Assembly (NCBI GenBank): GCA_963850305.1
Contig: CAWKKR010000001.1
Location: 832,001 to 896,000, forward strand
DNA: 64,000 nucleotides
Direction of reading: 5' to 3'
Source: an uncultured delta proteobacterium
Lineage (GTDB): Bacteria > Myxococcota_A > Polyangia > Polyangiales > Polyangiaceae
The notes beneath the pieces are model-generated. The model ran no database searches and was not told the DNA's origin. It saw nothing but the letters and a program-made list of their open reading frames with translations. A program made the translations under genes and the position numbers. Below, piece by piece: positions 57,910 through 64,000 of this stretch (position 1 is its first letter; each line of letters opens with the position of its first letter).

Positions 57910-58718
57910 CAATACCGCGCGTCGCGCCTTTCGATGTCTCGAAGCAGCGGATGGTGTCGACCCAGCCAATCAGGAACGCATAGGCATTGGGAATCATGAA
58001 TGAATTTAGCCATAATCCGAAGATCGAAATTCGCGGGTGGGGACAACGAGCGAATTCAGGACCCTGCCGGCTGGCTCGTCGCCGAAGCAGATGCGCAGAC
58101 CGCGCCCCGTTCGCAGCATTACCGGATCCAGGGGCACGGTCCAGATGCCGCGGCCGCCTCGGCGAAAGGGAACCAATCGAACCGTCTGCCCGCTCAGCGC
58201 TACCGTGCCGCTCGCGGCATCGTCCGTCTCCGCGAGAATCCGGGCGGGGTCGCGGCCGAGTCGCAGAGCGGGTAGTCGATCCGCGGTCATGGGCGCGTCG
58301 CGGCACTGAATGTGCCCAAGCACGAGGAACTTACTACCCAGAACTCCGCCTCACATGGGGAGCCCGCGAAACTGCATCGCGATCGCGCCTCAAGATCAGA
58401 CCGGGATCGTCTTCGATGAGCGAGCGATATTCCACCCGTGCCAGGTGGCGCTCAGCGTCACCGCCCGGATCCATGGCGTTCGGGCCCACCGTCGCCCCTC
58501 GTGTTGACTGCGATTTTGCGGACCATTCTGGCTCGAACCTTCCAGCGACGCATCCCACGCAAAAATCAGCCTGCAACCATCCCGCCTAGCCCCATCTTGG
58601 CATACTCTCTCGTTCCGCGTCGCCGATTCGGACAGCTGGCCGGCAGCGGCGCCGAGCCCTCCGTGATACCGGGGTTCTCGCACCAGCTTTCCCCGAACGA
58701 ATTTTCGCCCGCGCGTCG

Positions 58719-61295
58719 ATGTCCGCCGAAAAGACTCACCCGCTTCCAGTCGGCGCGATCCTCGACGGAAAGTTTCGCGTCACGAAGGAAATAGGCCGCG
58801 GCGGTATGGCGGCGGTTTACGAAGCAGAGAACATCGACATCGGGAAGAGGGTGGCGGTGAAGGTACTGGCCGCAGAGCTGGTCTCTTCGAAGACTGTGAC
58901 GGAGCGGTTCTTGCGTGAGGCGAGGGCAGCCGCCGCCATTCGAAGCCCGTACATCTGCGATGTCTACGACGTCGGCATGTTCGACAACCGACCCTTCCTG
59001 GTGATGGAGCTGCTCGAGGGCGAAAGCCTCTACGATCGCCTCTCGCGGGTCCGGCGTCTCGACAATCAACCGACGATTCGCATCGCCACGCAGGTCGCCA
59101 AGGGCCTGGTGAAAGCGCACGACGCGAATATCGTCCATCGCGATCTAAAGCCGGAGAACATCTTCCTGACCAAGAACGAGGACGGCGAGGTCGTCGCCAA
59201 GATCGTCGATTTCGGGCTCGCAAAGTTCTACGAACCCGCGCTCGAGGGGGGACCGGCCGCGCGCCTCACGAAAGAGGGCGCTCTCTTCGGAACGCCTGCC
59301 TACATGAGCCCCGAGCAAGCGAAAGCCCAGGGCGAGGTGGACCAGCGCGCCGATCTCTGGGCCCTCGCCTGCATCGTTTACGAGTGCCTCACGGGCCGCA
59401 CGGTGTGGAATGTCGATCAGGGCGTCGCCATGATCCTCGCGCAAATCGCCGGCGCGCCAATTCCGCGCCCGACTCGGGTTCGGGAGGATCTACCCAAGAC
59501 CTTCGACGATTGGTTCCTCCGCGCGCTCGATCGCAATCCGGACAAGCGATTTCAGACCGCCAAGGAATTCGCGGACTCGCTGCTCTTTGCCCTCGATCCG
59601 CCGGAAGGCTCGATCAAGCTCGCTCCCATCCACACGGAGGAAGAAGCGGGGGCCGTCGACGAGCTCGTGAGCCGCGACGCCGCGACCGCTGCCCCTTCGG
59701 TTCCTTCCTCGCAAAAGGCGGCTACCCTCGCCGTCACACCCGAGCCCGTCGCGAGCGACGACACGGCTGCGCTCGCGCCCTCGATACCGCCCGCGAGCGC
59801 CCGGGGGTCCGGACTCGCGATCGGGATGCTGGTCACGACTAGCGTGCTTGCGCTTGGCGGGTACGCCGGATGGTTCTACGTGCTGCACCCTCCCGAGCGA
59901 GGACACCCGAGACACCCTCATCAGATCGCGCCCACTCCGGTGGCGAGCGTCGAGCGACGACGGACGGATCTCGCGGAAACGGACCCCTATGCGCTGCAGA
60001 TATCGACGGCTCAGGAGCATCTGGCTCGTGGAGAAACGGACGTCGCAGTGCAGCTTTTCAAGGGTGCCTTCGACGCGAGCCCGCAGAGCAACGCTGCCCG
60101 GTCCTTTTACAACCACGCGGAGGTCATCGGCGAAAACCAGGCAACGGCGCCGTGCCGCGTGACGGGCCTCGGCCGCCCGCGACCGTTCGCCGGAAGCCCG
60201 GACGCAAGCTCCCTGCCAACCGTCGCGCTGGCGCCAAACGGGGTCGTCGTGAGCTGGGCAGAGACGGATCCTGCGACGCGGCGCCGATTCGCTTACACGA
60301 CCACACTCGATACATCGTTCCGGCGAGTGACGCAGATCATCGTGGCGACCCCCGAGGGCAAGCTGGTTCAGCAGCCTACGCTCGACCCCATCGACGACGG
60401 ACTCGTACTTCTCTACTGGGACAGCGCTTCCGACGGCGATGGTGTCTTCGCCCGCAAGCTCGACGCAACAGGCAGCATCTCGGGCCCTCCCGTGGTCGTC
60501 TCGCCGAGCAGCGACAAGCAGTCGTACCCCGCCGTGACTCGAGAACCCTCGGGACGCATCTGGGTGGCCTGGAGCGAGAAAGATGGCGCGCGTGTCGCCG
60601 ACATCCTCGCGCGCCCGCTAGGGCCGGATCTGAAACCAACGAGCATCTCTGCGCGCCTCACGCGCTACGTTGCACCGCAGCGGAGCACGTCCACGGCCTC
60701 ACATCCGGCGATCGCCGTCGCGCATGGCTACCTGAACGTCGCTTACTCGCTCGAGCGCGGCGTCGAGCATCACGTCTATGCGCTTCGAGTGCCGCTCACG
60801 GATCCTCAGCTGTTCCACGGCGGGCTCCCCGCCCCGCCCGACAACCCCGCGCCGCGCGAGCCTGATCGCTTCCTCGGCCAGATCGTGCCGGTCAGCTCCG
60901 GGCCCGGGCAGCACACGGAGCCCAGAATCGCCTGCGTGGAGGCCGGATGCTTCGTCGCGTGGGACGACCAGAAGGCGGGAGCCCACGTTGCGTTTCTGGC
61001 GGGGACGAACGGCGAGGTGATCTGGCGGCGAGACCTGGGGCAGAGAGCGCAGGGGCCCTCTCTCGCAATGGCATCGAACAACGTCGCCATCGCCTGGTAC
61101 GAAGCGAGCCGTGTGCGACTCGCGAAACTCGGACGCGACGGAGTCGGCGAACCGACGCTCCTGGGTCACGTGAGCGGCTATCAGCCTCCACCGAGCCTCA
61201 CGCCCGGCGCTCGACCCGGCGAGTGGATCGTGGGCTGGCGGGATTTCGAATCCGGCCAGTACGAAGGATTCGTCGCGCGTGCGGACTGCAAGTAG
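58719..61295 (+). CDS. Membrane-spanning Hanks-type Ser/Thr protein kinase with large extracytoplasmic domain
   Basis: GRGGMAAVY, VAVK, HRDLKPEN, DFG, GTPAYMSPEQ; TM LAIGMLVTTSVLALGGYAGWFYV. Confidence 0.95.
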   Translation: MSAEKTHPLPVGAILDGKFRVTKEIGRGGMAAVYEAENIDIGKRVAVKVLAAELVSSKTVTERFLREARAAAAIRSPYICDVYDVGMFDNRPFLVMELLEGESLYDRLSRVRRLDNQPTIRIATQVAKGLVKAHDANIVHRDLKPENIFLTKNEDGEVVAKIVDFGLAKFYEPALEGGPAARLTKEGALFGTPAYMSPEQAKAQGEVDQRADLWALACIVYECLTGRTVWNVDQGVAMILAQIAGAPIPRPTRVREDLPKTFDDWFLRALDRNPDKRFQTAKEFADSLLFALDPPEGSIKLAPIHTEEEAGAVDELVSRDAATAAPSVPSSQKAATLAVTPEPVASDDTAALAPSIPPASARGSGLAIGMLVTTSVLALGGYAGWFYVLHPPERGHPRHPHQIAPTPVASVERRRTDLAETDPYALQISTAQEHLARGETDVAVQLFKGAFDASPQSNAARSFYNHAEVIGENQATAPCRVTGLGRPRPFAGSPDASSLPTVALAPNGVVVSWAETDPATRRRFAYTTTLDTSFRRVTQIIVATPEGKLVQQPTLDPIDDGLVLLYWDSASDGDGVFARKLDATGSISGPPVVVSPSSDKQSYPAVTREPSGRIWVAWSEKDGARVADILARPLGPDLKPTSISARLTRYVAPQRSTSTASHPAIAVAHGYLNVAYSLERGVEHHVYALRVPLTDPQLFHGGLPAPPDNPAPREPDRFLGQIVPVSSGPGQHTEPRIACVEAGCFVAWDDQKAGAHVAFLAGTNGEVIWRRDLGQRAQGPSLAMASNNVAIAWYEASRVRLAKLGRDGVGEPTLLGHVSGYQPPPSLTPGARPGEWIVGWRDFESGQYEGFVARADCK

Positions 61296-61311
61296 GCCGA
61301 TACACTAGTCC

Positions 61312-61911
61312 ATGGCGAGCCGCGCACCTGCTGCAGGAAATTACCTGACGATCCCGTCCCGGAGCGCGGTACGGGCCCATCCCGTCGAAACCGAGCGTCT
61401 ATTTCTCACTCCGATCGATCCTGCGGACGGACCTGAGCTCTGGGCCGTCGTGGATCAGTCGCGCTGGCATCTCGAACGATGGCTGCCCTGGGTTCCCTTC
61501 AACAACACGAAAGAGGCCAGCCAGCGCTACGCAGAGGCGTGCGCCGCAGACTGGGACGCAGGCCGCGCGGTGCGATTCGGAATCCGGGAGCGAGCGACGC
61601 AGGCACTCATGGGCGTGGTCGGGCTGGATTCGTGCGTCCACCTTCATCGGTCATGCGAGCTCGGATACTGGCTCCGCCTCGATGCGACGGGGCGCGGCCT
61701 GATGACGGAAGCAGCACGCGCTGCCGTCGGATTCGCGCTCGAACGCCTCGGCGTCCACCGCGTACGCTGCGCCGCTGCCACGGACAACTACGCGAGTCTC
61801 CGCGTCATCGCGCGGCTCGGCTTGCGCTTCGAAGGCATTGCACGACAGGCAGAGTTCGTCGGCGGCCGCTGGGTGGACCACGCCGTTTTTTCCCGGCTAT
61901 CGACGGACTGA
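61312..61911 (+). CDS. GNAT acetyltransferase, RimJ/RimL family
   Basis: ETERLFL, WLPW, ELGYWL..ATGRGLMTEAA, N.AS.RV..RLG..FEG. Confidence 0.88.
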   Translation: MASRAPAAGNYLTIPSRSAVRAHPVETERLFLTPIDPADGPELWAVVDQSRWHLERWLPWVPFNNTKEASQRYAEACAADWDAGRAVRFGIRERATQALMGVVGLDSCVHLHRSCELGYWLRLDATGRGLMTEAARAAVGFALERLGVHRVRCAAATDNYASLRVIARLGLRFEGIARQAEFVGGRWVDHAVFSRLSTD

Positions 61912-61961
61912 CGCCCGGACCCGGGGGCGGCGCGCGGGCGTGTGCTAGCCTCGCTTTCGGC

Positions 61962-63440
61962 ATGCTGCGGCGGAGCCTGCTCTCGCTCGCGCCGAGGCTC
62001 GTCGTCGTCCTCGGCATCACGGTAGCGACCGTCGTTGGCTTGCTGGGATTTTTCCGGCTGAGATCGCACGGGGACGAGGCGATCGCACTTCGTAGCGAGC
62101 TCCTCGGGCTCACGCTGGCAGCACGGCTTCGCGCCACCGCGGCCCCGGACCGTCCCGCCGTCGTCGAGAAGGCGGCGCGCCGCGCCGGCGCGGAGTTGTT
62201 GCTCGTCGACCAGCGCGGCCGCGTGGTGGTCGACGGCTCTCTGGGTCCGCCGCCGAAGCGGGCGCTGCTGGACCTGTTGATCGCCGGCGCCGGGGAGGCC
62301 ACGACGCGCATCGGCCGCACGCGATTCTTCGCGGCGCCGCTCGGCCCTCCAGTCGACGACCTGGTGCTCCTGACGTTCGTGCCGGCGCCGGAGGTGCCGT
62401 TCGCGACGCGGTCACTTCTCGGTTCGGTGGCAGCGCTCACGGCGTTCCTCGTCGGCGCGGCGGCGTTCGTGACGTTCGCGTTCGCCCGGGACGTCCATTC
62501 CGACGTCGCGTATGTGCGAGAACGCATCGTGGAGATGGCGCGCGAAGGAGCCGGCCCGAGCGGCAAATCGATCGCCGTTCGGGACTCGGACCAGGTGGGT
62601 ATGCTGACCAGCGCGTTCAATCTACTCGTCGAACGATTCACGGCGGCCGAGCACGCTTATCAACACGATCTCGCTGGCGCCCTCGCATTCGACCGCGACC
62701 GGAGCGCGTTTCTCGCCGCGCTGTCGCACGAACTCCGCACACCACTCAATGCAATCCTCGGCTTTTCCGACGTCCTGCTCGCGGAAGTGGATGGCCCGCT
62801 CAGCGCCGACGCTCATGAGAATCTCACCGTATTGCGAAAGAGCGCCGACCACCTGCGCGCGCTCATCGACGACATCCTGGACCTCTCGGCGCTCGAGTCC
62901 GGCGAGCTGCGGCTCGAGACCGGTCCGATCGACGTCTTCGTGCTCGCGGCGGACGTCGTTCGCGAAGCCCGCGTCACAGCCGTCGCAAAGGCGCTGTCGG
63001 TGACTCTCTCCGGCGAGCCTGCTACGGCCTGGGTCGACGGGCGGCGAGTGCGGCAGATCCTCGGCAATCTCGTCGGCAACGCGGTCAAGTTCACGCACAG
63101 TGGCAGCGTCGGGGTCGCTGTTCATCTCCGGCAGGATCAGGTCGTCCTTAGTGTGTCCGACACCGGTCCTGGCATTCCCCCCGAGCAGCGCGCCGCCATC
63201 TTCGAGGAATACTGGCAAGCGCCGGCCTCGCGTCAGATGCGCGTCGGTGCTGGGTTGGGACTGGCGATCACTCGCCGTCTCGTGCGGATGCACGGCGGCA
63301 CCATCGAGCTGGAGAGCGAGCTCTCACGCGGCTCGAGGTTCACGGTGAACTTGCCGATCAACCCTCCAGTGACGAGGCCATCCCGATTCATCAGCAGCGC
63401 GCCACCACCCGGCGAAAGTGCGACACTGGAGGCGACTTGA
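61962..63440 (+). CDS. Membrane sensor histidine kinase (HAMP-HisKA-HATPase)
   Basis: Two TMs; LSHELRTPLNAILGF, QILGNLVGNAVKFT, DTGPGI, GAGLGLAI. Confidence 0.92.
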   Translation: MLRRSLLSLAPRLVVVLGITVATVVGLLGFFRLRSHGDEAIALRSELLGLTLAARLRATAAPDRPAVVEKAARRAGAELLLVDQRGRVVVDGSLGPPPKRALLDLLIAGAGEATTRIGRTRFFAAPLGPPVDDLVLLTFVPAPEVPFATRSLLGSVAALTAFLVGAAAFVTFAFARDVHSDVAYVRERIVEMAREGAGPSGKSIAVRDSDQVGMLTSAFNLLVERFTAAEHAYQHDLAGALAFDRDRSAFLAALSHELRTPLNAILGFSDVLLAEVDGPLSADAHENLTVLRKSADHLRALIDDILDLSALESGELRLETGPIDVFVLAADVVREARVTAVAKALSVTLSGEPATAWVDGRRVRQILGNLVGNAVKFTHSGSVGVAVHLRQDQVVLSVSDTGPGIPPEQRAAIFEEYWQAPASRQMRVGAGLGLAITRRLVRMHGGTIELESELSRGSRFTVNLPINPPVTRPSRFISSAPPPGESATLEAT

Positions 63441-64000
63441 ACGAAGCCGCCGCCAAGCTCTCGTCGCGAGTGGTCAGATGGGTGGTCGGGGCCTCTCTGG
63501 TCACGACACTACTCCTTGTCGCCCTGCTCCCGGATCTGCTCCTCTTGGACCCTGCCGTCGCGCTTGCGGCCGCCGAGCGGGAGTTCGTCATCCTGAGCGC
63601 TGCGGGCATCGCCGCGGTCGGTCTCGTCGCCACGCGCGTCGGAAGGTATAGGTACCTGCTCCGGGCGCTCGCGCTCGGCTCCCGGTCGATCGAACCGATC
63701 GAGATGGAGGAGCTCGGAAAGGAACCCGGACGTCTCTCGCGGCGCTGGCTCATTCCTCATCTCGTCGGGCTCGTCGTGCTCGTCACGCCCGGGCGTCCGG
63801 ACGAGGTCGACCTTCCGACGGGGACGAGTCTCGCGATGCTCGGCGCGATCATCGCCGCAGCGATCTCTCTGCTGCTCTACGTCGTCATTCGCTCCCTCTT
63901 TCTGGCCGCCGCGGAGCTCGCCCCGGCGGAGGTCATGCGCGAGTTGATCGAGGGCGCGGAGCGACGCGGAAGCGCCCAGTGGCGCATACAGAGGCGCTTG
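63437..64000 (+). CDS. Multi-TM membrane protein, 3'-truncated (possibly a second sensor)
   Basis: GGAGG RBS plus TTG overlapping the kinase stop; open frame MNEAAAKLSSRVVRWVVGASLV... with about 4 hydrophobic segments to the window end. Confidence 0.7.
   Translation, partial: MNEAAAKLSSRVVRWVVGASLVTTLLLVALLPDLLLLDPAVALAAAEREFVILSAAGIAAVGLVATRVGRYRYLLRALALGSRSIEPIEMEELGKEPGRLSRRWLIPHLVGLVVLVTPGRPDEVDLPTGTSLAMLGAIIAAAISLLLYVVIRSLFLAAAELAPAEVMRELIEGAERRGSAQWRIQRRL

Noticed and set aside
58302..58317. NtrC binding site
   Set aside because: GGCAC-N5-GTGCC palindrome has the wrong spacing for the NtrC GCAC-N7-GTGC box

Overview
GC-rich bacterial chromosome segment, most likely from a Myxococcota (Polyangiaceae-like) organism. 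This is inferred from MYXO-CTERM tails, DAG/GG-rich lipoprotein linkers, a TonB-fused receptor and a Hanks kinase. (1) 1-12.6 kb is a molybdenum island. It holds modB/modC and a convergent six-gene minus-strand operon: HTH+molybdate-PBP regulator, PstS-like lipoprotein, OprO/P-like porin, YfaP-like lipoprotein, TonB-fused TonB-dependent receptor and a lipoprotein. A SAM methyltransferase and the Mo-storage pair mosB/mosA follow. (2) 13-30 kb carries two giant Cys-rich MYXO-CTERM surface proteins flanking an ArsB-like permease, a CxxC thioredoxin-like lipoprotein and a choice-of-anchor-X-like protein, then an ECF sigma/NrsF-like pair. (3) 30-48 kb has signalling, redox and surface-lipoprotein genes, including an EGF-lipoprotein/FadL-like/EGF-lipoprotein module. 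(4) 49 kb has a small Acb2/Tad1-hairpin-like gene abutting tRNA-Thr(CGT), then metK. (5) 53-58 kb is glnB-glnA(GSI)-GSIII, followed by a kinase, a GNAT and histidine kinase genes. A ~78-bp palindromic REP-like element occurs at four loci in the first 20 kb, at least once in-frame inside a gene. Two genes are frameshifted by one extra base in a GATC context. No CRISPR array, rRNA, transposase or integrase was seen. All family assignments come from recognising motifs by eye; no database searches were run.
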